Both the position numbers and the translations under genes were made by a program. DNA of 64,000 nucleotides from Octopus vulgaris. Its lineage: Eukaryota. Under the pieces are notes generated by a model. That model did no database searches and was not told where the DNA came from. It saw nothing but the letters and a program-made list of their open reading frames with translations. Every line of letters begins with the position of its first letter. Position 1 is the stretch's first letter. Below are positions 37,646 to 50,929 of this stretch, one piece after another. The stretch covers positions 106,082,001 to 106,146,000 of the forward strand of contig OX597818.1 in assembly GCA_951406725.2 (NCBI GenBank), written 5' to 3'.

Positions 37646-39477
37646 TACATACTAAAGGGAGATAACTACAAAATATCTTTTAGAGTTGCATATTACAATT
37701 TAATAATGTAACTCTAAAAAGGAAGACGCGACACATAACTACAAAATCCTCTAGAGTTACTTCACATCCATATAATTATTTTATCACTATTATTAAATTA
37801 TGACGATGGAAGTAAGTTTAGAAAGGCAAGGGAAGTAACCTTAGGAAGGGAGATAACTACAAAATCTTCCAGAGTTACTTCCCTTACATAAAATTACGAT
37901 ACGACTGTTATTAGATTGTAATAGAGAAGGGAAGTAACTCTATAATATAATACTCATGACGCATACACTTTTACTCTTTTCCTTGTTTAGTCATTTCACT
38001 GTGCCCATGCTGGAGCACAGCCTTTTCTAGAGCAAATAAACACCAGGACTTAATCTACGTCAGTCTAGTATTTATTCTGTTGGTCTTCTTTTCCCGAAAG
38101 GCTAAGTTAATGGAGTGTAAAAAACACCAGCATCGTTTGTCAAGCGGTTTTGGGGACACAGAAACATACATATAAATATCTATATGTATATACATATATG
38201 TCTCACTCTCTATATATATTTATATCTCTCTCTCTATATATATATCTATATCTATCTATTTCTATATCTATCTATCTATATATATATATATATCAATCTA
38301 TATACGACGGGCTACTTTCTGTTTCCGTGTACCAAATCTACTCAGAAACTTTGGTCCGTCCGAGGCTATATTGGAAGACACTTGGCCATGGGGCCACGTA
38401 GTTGGACTGAACCAGAAACCCCGTGATTGGAAAGCAAGCTACAGATGCAACCACCTTGGGTATGGGTGCACTGTGCTCACACACGTACAAACAGCCACAC
38501 GTCCGCACTCACGCATATAGATACATGCAAAGACGCAAACTCTTAGCTATTTATGTTTTAAATATGTTGACCTTAAAAATGCGACATTCTGAAAACATAG
38601 TATGAGTTTGTAGGTCAGCCGAAGAGTGTGTGAGCTTGTGCTTTCATTTCTGTCTGTGTGCGCGTGCGCATGTGTAATAGAGTGTTTCCAGTTCATACCT
38701 TTAAATGTGTGCTCGTGTAAAACTGTTTTAATTTCTGAGTGTATTTATGTGTGTGTGTGTGTATGTGTGTTTATTTCTGTGTGTGTTGTACATATATGTA
38801 TATATAAATATATAAGTACAAACACCCACACAGATTTTAAGACACTCACATACAGAACTATATATATATATACGTTAATACGCCTCTTTATCCATCGAAC
38901 ATAACGTGAAATCCGATGTTTGTGAGTTCACGTCCCCGTAACTTAGCGTTTCTGCAAAAGAGACCTATACATTAAGTACTACGCATACAAAGAATAAGTC
39001 CTGGGGTCGATTTCCTCCACTAATACACCACAATTTAATAACAATAATATAATAATATACAAGGTAAGTATATCTATATAATATTTTGTAGTTATCTCAC
39101 ACAAATATGTGGTTAACGAGAGATAGGGTAAGGGTTACTTGCATATTATATTTATTATGATTAAATTATCATAGGTAAGGGAATTAACTCTTGAAGATAT
39201 TTGGTATCATAATAAAGACGTGACACATACACTTTTTCGCTTTTCCGTGTTTTAGTCATTTGACTGTCACCATGCTGCAGCACCGCCTTTTCTAGAGCAA
39301 ATCGACACCAGGACTTATTCTTTGTAATTCTTTGTAAGCCCACTATTTATTCTATCGGTCTTCTTTTGCCGAACCGCTAACTTACGGTGACGTAAACACA
39401 CCAGAATCGGTTGTCAAGCGATTTTGAGGACACAAACGCAGACAGAAACATAGACACACACATACATATGTGTGTGC

Positions 39478-39522
<45 letters not shown>

Positions 39523-39652
39523 TACGAAGGGCTTCTTTCTGTTTTTTTCCCCACTGCCTGACATCTTGTGCAATTGTCTTCTACTATAGATCCGGACCGA
39601 ATAAAGCCTTGTGATTGGATTTGGTGGAAGGAAACTAAAATAATCCAGTCGT

Positions 39653-39728
<76 letters not shown>

Positions 39729-41914
39729 ATGTGTGTTTGTTCCCAAACATCGCTTCACAACTAATGCTAGTCTGTTTACGTCCCCGTAACTTAGAGGTTC
39801 ACAGAAAGAGACTGATAGAATAAGTACTAGGCCTACTAAGAATAAGTTCTGGGGTCGATATGCTCGGCTGAAGGTGGTGCTCAAACATGGCCACAGTCAA
39901 ATGACTGAAACAAGTAAAGGAGAGTAAAAGAGTAAATAGCGACAAAAGTCTATGACCTGTTCACTAGGGAGATAGCTGAAAATATCTCCTAGAGTTACTT
40001 CCCTAACATCATATAATACGTTTTATGTAATTTCTGTAATAGGTGTGTTCGCTTTACGCCTGCGAAAGGAGACACGACCATGCGCACACCAACAGACACA
40101 CATACACATGCAAGTAATCTGCTGGAACCTTTAACAAATAAGCATTGACTACCTAATCATTTACATTTCATTACACCCCACAAGTATATAAAGTAATAAT
40201 ATTATCTAGTACTACCATTCGGATATAATTAAGTTTCTTTTTTTGTTTTAGATAGTACATATACGTGTAGGTATATCTGTATGTGTATGTGTGTGTGTGT
40301 ATATATATATATAAAATTGTATATATACTGCTGGAGCACCGCCATTATTCGAGCACATTGTCCGCAGAACTTATTCTTTGTAAGCCTAGTATTTATTCTA
40401 ACTTATTCTTTTTTGCTGAACCGCTAAAACACAGGGAGGAAAACACACCAGCATCGGTTGAAAAATCTACAATAGCCCAGGGCCGACCAAAGCCTTGTGA
40501 TTGGATTTGGTAGATGGAAACTAAAAGAAGACTGTCATATATATATGTAACAGTAAGAGTGGCTGTGGTATGTGTGTTCCTTTTACGCCTGCGAAAGGGG
40601 ACAAGAGCATGCTGATCATTTACATTTCATTACACCCTATAAATATATAAAGTAATAATGTTTGTTGTAGCTGTAATTGTCGCACACACACAAACGAATA
40701 AAAACACACAGACGCTCACACAGAAATAAAAACATTCACGCAAACACAAACACTGAAATGAAAATACCAACACACACACAAATAAAAACAGTCCCACGCA
40801 CACAAACACTTAGAAAAAATACTCACACACAGAAATGAAAATACACAGCTACATACTACACTCAAACACGCGGACAAACACAGAAATGAAAACAGTTACA
40901 CGCACACACTCGAACACACAGAAAATAAAACACTCACACACACACATATAGAAATGAAAAATACAGTTACACATCCAAACACTCACACACTCACAAACAC
41001 ACACACACACAGAAATGAAAATAGTCACACACAAACATACGCACCCACACACAGAAATGAAACCACAGTTACACACTCACACATAAAACCCTAACCCTAA
41101 CTAGCACACACATACAATTTATTCAGAATAGAACAGGGCATTGGGTGCTTTGCACTCGCAGTTAGAATATCAGCCCCCTCCACGCCAGTATGAGAATTTC
41201 TTTTATCCACTTGTGAAATTAATACATTGTCGACATATGAGCAACATCTGAAGTCACTAAAGGTGCAATAAATTGAACTTATTTTGATTTAGTAGTTAGT
41301 GATCTGCAAATGCGGGTATCTTAGAAATGGTCAAAGTGTTTGTTGTAGTTGTAATTGTCGCGCACACACAAACAAATAAAAACACTCAGTCGTTCAAACA
41401 CGCGCGCACACACAAATAAAAACACTCTCACACACACAAACACTGAAATGAAAATACCCACACATACATTCACACACACTCATAAATAAAAATAGTCCCA
41501 CACACACAAGGAGACCCCATAGGTATATCAAAAAAGTTTCTAGTATCTTTCCTAGCCCATACTTTATTATGATAATTGAAGTTCTTATAATAAATAAGTA
41601 CCTACTAAATCAGTACAACCAACATTACGTCCCCGTAACTTATCGGTTCTGCAAAAGAGACCTATACATTAAGTAATATGCATACAAAGAATAATTCATG
41701 GGGTTGATTTGCTTGATTAGAGGCGGTGCTCCACCATGGCCACAGTGAAACAACTGAAAGAGTGTAACATCGAAAAAGTGTAAATTACGATAACTACATA
41801 CTTAAGGGAGATAACTACGGAAACTAAAAGAAGACTGTAGTATATATATGTAACAGTAAGAGTGGCTGTGGTATGTAGCTTGCTTTCCAACACACCAGCA
41901 TCGGTTGAAAAATC

Positions 41915-42167
41915 TAACCCTAACAACTACAGCCAATCGAAGATAATGACCAAACTGTCTACTCTTATCCACCACTTCCAACAAGATTTGACAAAAAATG
42001 AGACAAATTACTCGACTAGATTTGACTGCAAAGCCAATAACGTCTGTGGACTTCCCAAAATCTACAAAATGAGGCCAGAAACGTAGCCTTATAAACAAGT
42101 TAACTTCTATAGTCATAAATATTCCACACCCGAGAGATCTACGAATGAGACCAATCATGGCCGATCC
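41915..42167 (+). mobile_element. Penelope-like RT N-terminal fragment (partial second copy at 46003-46077)
   Basis: LTKNETNYSTRFDCKANNVCGLPKIYK and PRDLRMRPIMA resemble the PLE motifs FYGLPKIHK and LRPI. Confidence 0.75.
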
Positions 42168-42199
42168 AGGAATGTAGATACGGGGGGCATTGGGTGCTT

Positions 42200-42420
42200 A
42201 ACACTCGCAAATAGAATATCAGCCCTCTCCACGCCAGTATGAGAATTTCTTTTATCCACTTGTGAAATTAATACATTGTCGCCATATGATAAAAATATTA
42301 GCAATATCTGACGTCGCTAAAGGTGCAATAAATTGAACTTCTTTTCATTTAGTAGTTAGTGATCTGCAAATGTGGGTATATTAGAGATGCTTAAAGTGTT
42401 TGTTGTAGCTGTAATTGTCG
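42200..42420 (-). mobile_element. CR1-group LINE ORF2 C-terminal fragment (three local copies)
   Basis: Hand translation ILLIFLSYGDNVLISQVDKEILIL resembles the LLYGD...NK.I terminus of invertebrate CR1-group elements (recall). Confidence 0.45.
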
Positions 42421-43242
42421 CACACACACAAACGAAAAAAAACACGCAGTCGCTCAAACACACGACAGACACAGAAATAAAAACACTCACACACAAACAC
42501 TGAAATGAAAATACCCACACACACTCACATAGAAATGAAAATACACAGCTACACATTCACACACACACACATGCAGACAAACACAGAAAGGAAAACAGTT
42601 ACACACCTACACACGCACACACAAACGTACGCGCCCACACACAGAAATGAAAACAGTTACACACTCACACATAAAACCCTAACCCTAACTCGCACACACA
42701 TACAATTTCTTCAGAATGTAACGGTTTTAGGGTCAACATATATAAAGCATAAATAACTACAAATGTTCATCTTTGCATGTAACAGAGCGACAAAGTGTAT
42801 AGTACAACTACGTTTTCAAAGGAGATAACTACAAAATATCTCTAGAGTTACTTCCCTTGCATATTACAACTTAACAATAACTATAAAGCAAAGTAACTCT
42901 AGAAGATATTTTGAAATTATATCCCTTATAAATGTAGTTAGCGGGACATAACTACAACATATCTTCTACAGTTACTTTCCTTACATTTAAAGTATATTAT
43001 TACTATTATTAAATTCAGACGTGATACACTTTTACTCCTTTGACTGTGCCTATGCTGGAGCACAGCCTTTTCTAGAGCATATCGACACCAGGACTTATTC
43101 TTCGTAAGCCCACTATTTATTCTATTGGTCTCCTTTTGCCAAGTCGCAAACTTACGGTGACGTAAACACACCAGAATCGGTTGTCAAGCGATTTGGGGGA
43201 CACAAAAGCAGACAGATTAATACACACACACACACATATACA

Positions 43243-43296
<54 letters not shown>

Positions 43297-44617
43297 CATA
43301 TATACGACAAGCTTCTTTCTGTTTCCATGTATGGGTGAAACAGACTTTCGCGGTCGGTCACATTAGCCGATGAGACCACCTTGAGTATGTGTGGACTGTG
43401 CTCACACACGCACAAATACCCACACTTCCGCACTCATGCACATAGATACATGCAAAGACGCAAACTCGTAGCTATTTATGTTTCAAATATATTCATCTTA
43501 AAACCGTGACATTCTGAAGAAATGATATGAGTCTGTAGGTCAGCCAATATGTGTGTGTGTGTGTGTGCTTTCACTTCTATGTCTGTTTGCGCGCGCGTAT
43601 GTCTGTGGATTTTTGCTCACCAACAACAATGTACTGGGTTCAATCCAACAGCGTGGCACCTTCGGCAAGTGTATTCAAATATACCCCCGGGCCAACCAAA
43701 GTATTCTCAGTGGAGTTGGCAGAGGGAAACTGAAAGAAGCCCATCGTATATATGAATATCGGCGCAGGAATGGATATGTGGTAAGTAGTTTGCTTACGAA
43801 CCACATGGTTTCAGTTTCATTCCCACTGCCTCGCATCTTGTCCAACTGTCTTCTACTGTAGCTCCGGGCCGAAAAAATCCTTGTGATTGGATTTGGTGGA
43901 AGGAAACTAAAAGAATCCCGTCGTATATATGTTTAAATATATGTGTATGTGTGTGTGTTCGCACTCGAAGGGGACATGAGCATACACGCACGAACCATCA
44001 TACATAAAAATGCAAGTTCTCTTACAAGGGAAAGAACTCCCATTCTATCCCTTAAATTTTCCGAGATATATGAGTAAAATCCTTTCCTTTAACTAATTTT
44101 AGTATTATATATTTGTAAGGGAGCCAACTCTCCATACATCCCATAGAACCTATTATTATTGAAACACTAATTACGTTTCCTAATATTAAATTGTATTACT
44201 ATCAATAAAAGGACGTAACTCTTGTTATATGTGTAATTGTCGCACACACACAAACGAATAAAAACACAGTCGCTCACACACACGTACACACAAATAAGAA
44301 CATTCACACAAACACAAATTTAATAATAAACTAATATGGATGGGAAGTAACTCTAGAAGATATTTTGAAATTATATCCCTTAAATATGTAGTCAGCGGGA
44401 TATAACTACAACCTATCTTATACAGTTACTTTCCTTACATACAATTATATTATTAACGTAAGGGGTATTAGCCATCTGAATGTGGTTAGCCACTGGGGTG
44501 TTACTGATGCTTTTAGCCCCAGGCGATCAACGTCACCAGAAGGACTTTAGACACTATCTCAGTGCCCTTGTGTTATTTTCAAAGGGAGATCATCCTCCCT
44601 CGAAGACCCGAGTACTA

Positions 44618-44662
44618 CATACGGACTATAGTTTCAAGGTAATTGCCTCTCGTCAACGCATG
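44618..44662 (-). ncRNA. Minimal type I hammerhead ribozyme motif (mirror copy)
   Basis: Reverse complement of 44820-44864. Confidence 0.8.
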
Positions 44663-44819
44663 GCAAGCACCGGTCTTCGATGAAGGAGTCCCCTTGCAAA
44701 TAATATATAACGTTTTTCATTGTTTTCAGACAGTTTTTCTACATCAGTGACAGTGGTTACTGTGAAAAACGTTATATATTATTTGCAAGGGGACTCCTTC
44801 ATCGAAGACCGGTGCTTAC

Positions 44820-44864
44820 CATGCGTTGACGAGAGGCAATTACCTTGAAACTATAGTCCGTATG
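44820..44864 (+). ncRNA. Minimal type I hammerhead ribozyme motif (C3U variant)
   Basis: CATGCG-TTGACGA-GAGG caatta CCTT-GAAA-CTATAG-TC^-CGTATG; palindromic stem III ACTATAGT, GUC triplet. Confidence 0.8.
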
Positions 44865-47800
44865 TAGTACTCGGGTCTTCGAGGGAGGATGACCTCCCTT
44901 TGCAAATAACACAAGGGCACTGAGATAGTGTCTAAAGTCCTTCTGGTGACGTTGATCGCCTAGGGCTAAAAGCATCAGTAACCCCCCCCCCAGTGGCTAG
45001 CCACATTCAGATGGCTAATACCCCTTACGTTGTCGAGCGGTTATTGTTTATATCTCGTTCAGAGATTTATTATTGTTTTAATTATATTATTACTATTATT
45101 AAATTTAGACGTGACACACTTTTACTCGTTTTATTTATTTGACTGTGCCCATGCTGGAGCACAGCCTTTTCTAGAGCATATCGACACCAGGACTTATTCT
45201 TTATAAGCCCACTACTTATTCTATCGGTCTTCTTTTGCCGAACCGCTAATTACGGTGACGTAAACGCACCAGAATCGGTTGTGAAGCGAATAATGGGACA
45301 CAGAAACGTACACACATATATATTTAAATTTCTATATGTATATACATATATCTATCTATCTATATGTATATATATATATATATATCTTTATCTATAAATA
45401 TACCTGTATATACATCTACCTATATATATCTATATCTCTCTCTCTATATATATCTATATATCTCTACCAATCTATATACGACGGGCTACTTTCTGTTTCC
45501 GTGTACCAAATCTACTCAGTAACTTCGGTCTACCCGAGGCTATGTTAGAAGACACTTGCCCAAGGGGCCACGCAGTTGGACTGGAGCATAAACCCCGTGG
45601 TTGGAAAGCAAGCTAAATACCACGGCCACTCTTAATGCTATATATATACCAGGACTTATTCTTTGTAAGCCCACTATTTATTCTATCGGTCTTCTTTTGC
45701 CGAATCGCCAACGTACGGTGACGTAAACACACCAGCATCGGTTGTGAAGCGATTTTGGGGACACAAAAGCAGACAGATAAATACACAAACACATACATGT
45801 GTGTATATATATATATATATTCATATATACGACAAGCTTCTTTACTGTTTCCGCGTACCAAATCCACTCACAAAGCTTTGGTCTGTCCGAGGCTATAGTA
45901 GAACACTTGACATTAGTGCCACGTAGTGGGACTGAACCAGAAACCATGTCTTTGGTAAGCAATATACTTACCGCAAAGCACTCATACGGGTATATATTTT
46001 CACAAACAAGTTAATTTCTATAGTCATAAATATTGCACATCCGAGAGATCTCCGAATGAGACCAATCATGGCCGATCCAGTTATGTAGATACGGGGGGCA
46101 TTGGGTGCTTAACACTCGCAAATAGACTATCAGCCCCCTCCACGCCAGTATGAGAATTTCTTTTATCCACTTGTGAAATTAATACATTGTCGCCATATGA
46201 TAAAAATATTAGCAACATCTGAAGTCACTAAAGGTGCAATAAATTGAACTTCTTTTCATTTAGTAGCTAGTGATTTGAAAATGTGGGTATCTTGGAGTTG
46301 GTTAAAATGTTTGTTGTAGCTGTAATTGTCGCACCCACACAAACAAATAAAAACACTCAGTCGCTCACACACGTACACACAGAAATAAAAACTCTCTCAC
46401 ATACACACTGAAATGAAAATACCCACACACACAAACACTGAAAAAAATACACACTCACATACGCCCAAACACACACACACATAGAAATGAAAATACACAG
46501 CTACACATACAAACACTCACACACACGGACAAACACAGAAATGAAAACACAGTTACACACCTACACACACACACACTCGAACACACAGAAATGAAAACAC
46601 TCACTCACACAGGCACAAACACACACACACATAGAAATGAAAACTTAGCAACCACATGGCTTTGGTTATGTCCCACTACGTGGCACTTTGGGCAAGTGAC
46701 TTCTAATATAGCCTCGGACAGACAAAAGTTTCTGAGTGGGTTTGGTACATGGAAATAGAAAGAAGCCCGTAGAATATATGAATATATATATATGTATTTA
46801 TGTTTCTGTGTCCCCAAAACCGCTTCACAACTGATGCTGGTGTTTACGCTCCCGAAAATTGCGGTTCGGCAAAGAGGACAAATGTCTTGCAAACAACTTG
46901 CACAAGCAAGTGCTACCAGTTAAAAGCTCCGTATATCGGAAGCTAGCAAGTGTATGGGGTCATCAGGAGAGAATGCGCGCCGTTTCGGGGCCTACCTCCC
47001 GACGGCATCAATGCGCACCGAACCACCTCACTGATATGAGGCTCCGCTTGCTAGATCAGCTGGTTATGAAGAACTCAATATACTTCTAGCCATCGCTCGT
47101 CGTCTCTTTTTAACCTATAGAATAAGTCCTGGTGTCGATTAGCTCGACAAAAGGCGGTGCTCCAGCATGGGCACAGTCAACTGACACAAACAAGGAAAAG
47201 AGTAATTGTGAACGTGTCACCTCTTAAATATACAAAATACCTTGTAGAGTTACATCTCTTGCAAATTATACTTGAATGATATTACTAATATAGTCATATG
47301 CAAGGGAAATAACTCTAGAGTGCATACTGCACTTATCTCCCGTTAACTACATATTTCAGAGGTATAACTACAAATTATATTCTTGAGTTAGTTCCCTTGC
47401 ATATTCATTATTTAAATTATTATTTGTAATGGAATTAACTCTAGAATATATTTCATATTTATCTCCCCTAAATATGTAGTTATCGTAATATATACTTTGT
47501 CGCTTTGTTACATTCTTTCAGTTATTTCACTGCGGCCATGCTGGAGCACCGCCTTTAGTCGAGTAAATCAACCCCAGGACTTATTCTATAGGTCTCTTTT
47601 GCAGAACCGCTAAGGTAAGGTGACGTTATGTTCGATGGATAAACAGACATGTTAACGTGTATATGTATATACGTAGAAACACGATACACACAGATTTTAA
47701 AACTCACACACGCATACATACACACAGTTACACAGTCACGCACCGCAATGAAAACACACATCAAGTATTCATGTATATAAATATATATATGCATCTTGTA

Positions 47801-48559
47801 TATATACATATATATATATTTGTAATTATATATAAAACTTAGATATGTTTGTGTGTGTGCTCTCATTTCTGTGTCTGTGCGCGCGCACCTGTGTGACAGA
47901 GTGTTTCCAGTTCACTGTTGGTGTCTGAGCGTTTGTGTTTGTGTGTGTGAGTGAGTGAGTGTGTGCATGTGTGTTTTCATTTCTAGGTGTGTGAGTTTGT
48001 AAATGTGTGTTTTCACTTCTGTGTGTGCGCGCATCCGTTTGTTTGTGAGTGTGTTGACTAATAAAAATAAGAAATAAGTGTAAATGTTTACCGGTGAGTG
48101 TGTTAAATAATAAGGCACTAAAAGAGAATGACCCTTCCCAGACACAACAGAATATGCTTCAACACACGAACTCATATAAAGAATCTTGCAAACTAAATCC
48201 AAAAACGAAATATAGTGTTTATTCCGTTGACAAATTTAAGGGAGATAACTGGAAAACCTCTTCTACAGTTACTTTCCTTGAATATTATAATAAAGACTTG
48301 TTTCATTCTTTTGACTGTGCCCATGCTTGAGCACCACCTTTTATCGAGCAAATCGACCCCAGGACATATTCTGTGTAAGCTTAATATTTATTTTATCGGT
48401 CTTCTTTTCCGAACCGCTAAGTTATGGTGACGTAAACACACCAGCATCGGTTGTCAAGATGTACTGTGAATGATGGTTAACAATAGAAGAACGAATTATA
48501 TGATGCTTTCCGTGGTTATATTTTTCCTATTGTAGTAGATGAGGCATGATCGCACAAGA

Positions 48560-48795
48560 CATTAACCTTAGCCCTCATCCCTGCTTTTCAATGCTAAACC
48601 CGATATAAAACAGTGATCAACACTCGAAATAAACCTGTTCAATCTCTACCCTCCTCATCACCCAAAATCCTAACCCCTAGTTCAAACTTTGATCTCTTAC
48701 CTGACTATTCTCTCTAAAAACCCTTCACAAACCCCCAAGCTAACCCTAATATAGACTAAACTCTGAAAACCAATCCTAACAGCAAACCCACACCA
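48560..48795 (-). repeat. Heavily decayed telomere-like tract
   Basis: Scattered aaccttagccctc, cctaacccctag, ctaaccctaa, aatcctaac with C/A skew. Confidence 0.5.
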
Positions 48796-49477
48796 AAATA
48801 AGAAAAACCACTTACCTTTGGCCATTTGGGATCTATAATACAAGGCATGATATGCAAACAAGCAAAATATCAACCAACATTTGAAAGTCAAGTTTTCTCT
48901 ATGTGTCGAATCATGAAATACACTTGTTTAATAAATACGGTTGTCCTTACATTTACACAGTACATTGCTTCCACAAGTCATCAAACTAATCATTCTCATG
49001 CGAAATGAAATTGATGTTTTTATTTATAATATAAACAAATTAATTATTGAAATTAATATAAGACATATAATTAACGTGTATGTATGTCATCATCATTTAA
49101 CATTCGATTTTCATGTTGTCATGGGTTGGATTATTTCACACTATCTGAGATGAATTACAACACGTACCTCTAATGTCTGTTTTCACATGGTTTCTATGTC
49201 TGAGAAATGTTTTGGTAACACTGACACAAGTAAAATTAAAAAGTAAATTTCAAGGATGAGTGAATTGCTAGTAGTGAGGGCGGTGGCTTCATCCTAAGCT
49301 GTAGTATGATAGAGAGACAGGCAGAGGTGTGTTGCTGTAGAGAAAGTACATGGTTACCCTGCATATATGTATGTATATAGGTAGACATCGATTAGAGCGC
49401 TTTCTCATTGCTAATATGTTAACATATGCTTGATGTGTGCTTTAAAAATAAAGTGCTTGCACTGGCACTAATTTCTT

Positions 49478-49630
49478 CAGATGATGAAAATCACGGAAAA
49501 GACTTAATCTAGATGAGATGCAATTTGGTTTTGTATCAGGAAGAAACACCAGTCATGATATATTTCTGGTAAGAAACCCCCAGAAGTACCTAACCAAGTA
49601 TAAACCACTGTACTTGACTTTTGTTGGTAT
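49478..49630 (+). mobile_element. RTE RT fragment
   Basis: LDEMQFGFVSGRNTSHDIFLVR...KYLTKYKPLYLTFV. Confidence 0.8.
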
Positions 49631-49714
49631 CATGATTCCACTTTCTACAGTAAATAGAGTAATTTTTCAATTCACTAAACAGGAAAGTAGTCCATATCAC
49701 CTTACCCAGGTAGA

Positions 49715-50613
49715 CTAAGGCCCTCTGACAGAACACTTTGCTTTCTTAAGAGAAGTGTGTAAGATAATCCTCATTGCAAGGCCTCCAATATAGCAGAATA
49801 AGTTGATGTCAGTCCCAGAATAGCTGTCAGTTATCTCTGCAAAATTGGCTATTATGGCAGAGCAGCAAGAAAGAAGACACTGCTTTGACCAGCCAATATC
49901 AAATGGAGAAAAGATTAGACAAGTGAGATGGTAGGGAGGTCACTAGCACTTTGGGACACTGTCAAATTCTCTGATGAATCCAGATTTGCTGTATTTTCTG
50001 ACACTGGTCGAGTGTGGGTCTGGAGAATCAGTCACCAATATTTTCATGTGAATATATTGCAGCCAACATTGAAACATGTGATGGTCTGGAGAGCAATTTG
50101 GAGCAATGGTCAATCAGAAATGGTGGAGTGTGAGGGATACATAAACTCAGATAAATATGTGTCCATATTATAGAAAAATCTTCTTCCTATATCCTCCAGT
50201 GGTAAAATAATTAAAGAACACTATTTATGGAAGATAGGGCTTTCTTGCACAACTAAAAGACCCAGGATTGGTTGGAAGAGAATGGCATTAAAAAGCTTCC
50301 ATAGCTAAGCCAATCACCAGATATGAACCCTACTGAACACCTCTGAGGCATGATGGATGGGACATTTCCTAAAAAGAAAAAGAAAGCATCCTTACAGCCA
50401 GATCTTTTGATATTACTGCAAGAAACTTGGCAAGAAAATCATGAAGAGAATATTCATCAGATCAGTAGCATGCCTGATAGGGTCATTGCATTCAAAAATG
50501 CAAAGGAGCCTGTCTACTAAATATTAGATATTCACGTTATAATAATTAATAAATAACTTAGATAAATTTTAACAATTATAAGGATGTCTATTTAATTCTG
50601 TCATGTCCATGTA
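49715..50613 (+). mobile_element. Tc1 (DD34E-type) transposase remnant
   Basis: GRAARKK, WDTVKFSDESRF, RVWVWR, VMVW, LFMED, SQSPDMNPTEHL motifs with stops. Confidence 0.9.
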
Positions 50614-50929
50614 GTTTTTGAAGCAAAACACAATGGAAACATTCACAGGAAAATTAGTATTAAGACCTTTTCAAAAATCTCTCTCAAGCTTTTCATGCAC
50701 ACTAAGATTTTATTGACATTCATTCAAATTCACTCATTCCAACATGAACCAATTTTTTCCATCAAAAACTTTGTGATGTTTTCACTTTCTCTAATTTGAT
50801 CTAGATCCTCTAAGTGTCTCTAATGCATTCATGCCTTAATTTCAATTTGTTGCCTAGATTTTTCCTCAGGGCCAACTCACCAAACAGAAATTAATGAGAG
50901 ACCTAATTGCCTTTCATCTTGACCACATA

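Larger units (their letters stand above)
44455..45079 (+). mobile_element. Palindromic Penelope-like insertion: inverted pLTR pair plus 48-nt tail
   Basis: Arms 44455-44719 and 44763-45031, 43-nt spacer, tail 45032-45079. TSD aattatattatt(a) at 44443 and 45080. An empty paralogous site is at ~42990. Confidence 0.85.
37650..48460. repeat. Mosaic of locally duplicated and inverted modules (subtelomere-like)
   Basis: Recurrent modules: OR-like SINE pieces with shared flanks, gagataactac/ctctagagttac module, ACACAGAAATGAAA tracts, and a 240-bp block at 41136, 42184 and 46094. Confidence 0.85.

Noticed and set aside
30734-37655. Repetitive ORFs (KHFHQTFSS, PKEIKEGAERDQ) and a CRISPR-like appearance
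   Set aside because: Pure tandem satellites with no unique spacers and no cas genes; eukaryotic context.
43335-43380. Possible type II hammerhead (GAAAC...GTC...CCGATGAGACC)
   Set aside because: Stems I and III do not pair without assuming several deletions.
48816-48832. 17-nt minus-strand micro-exon (DPKWPK) with a perfect AAG|GTAAGT donor
   Set aside because: No compatible neighbouring coding exons found; such sites arise by chance in 64 kb.
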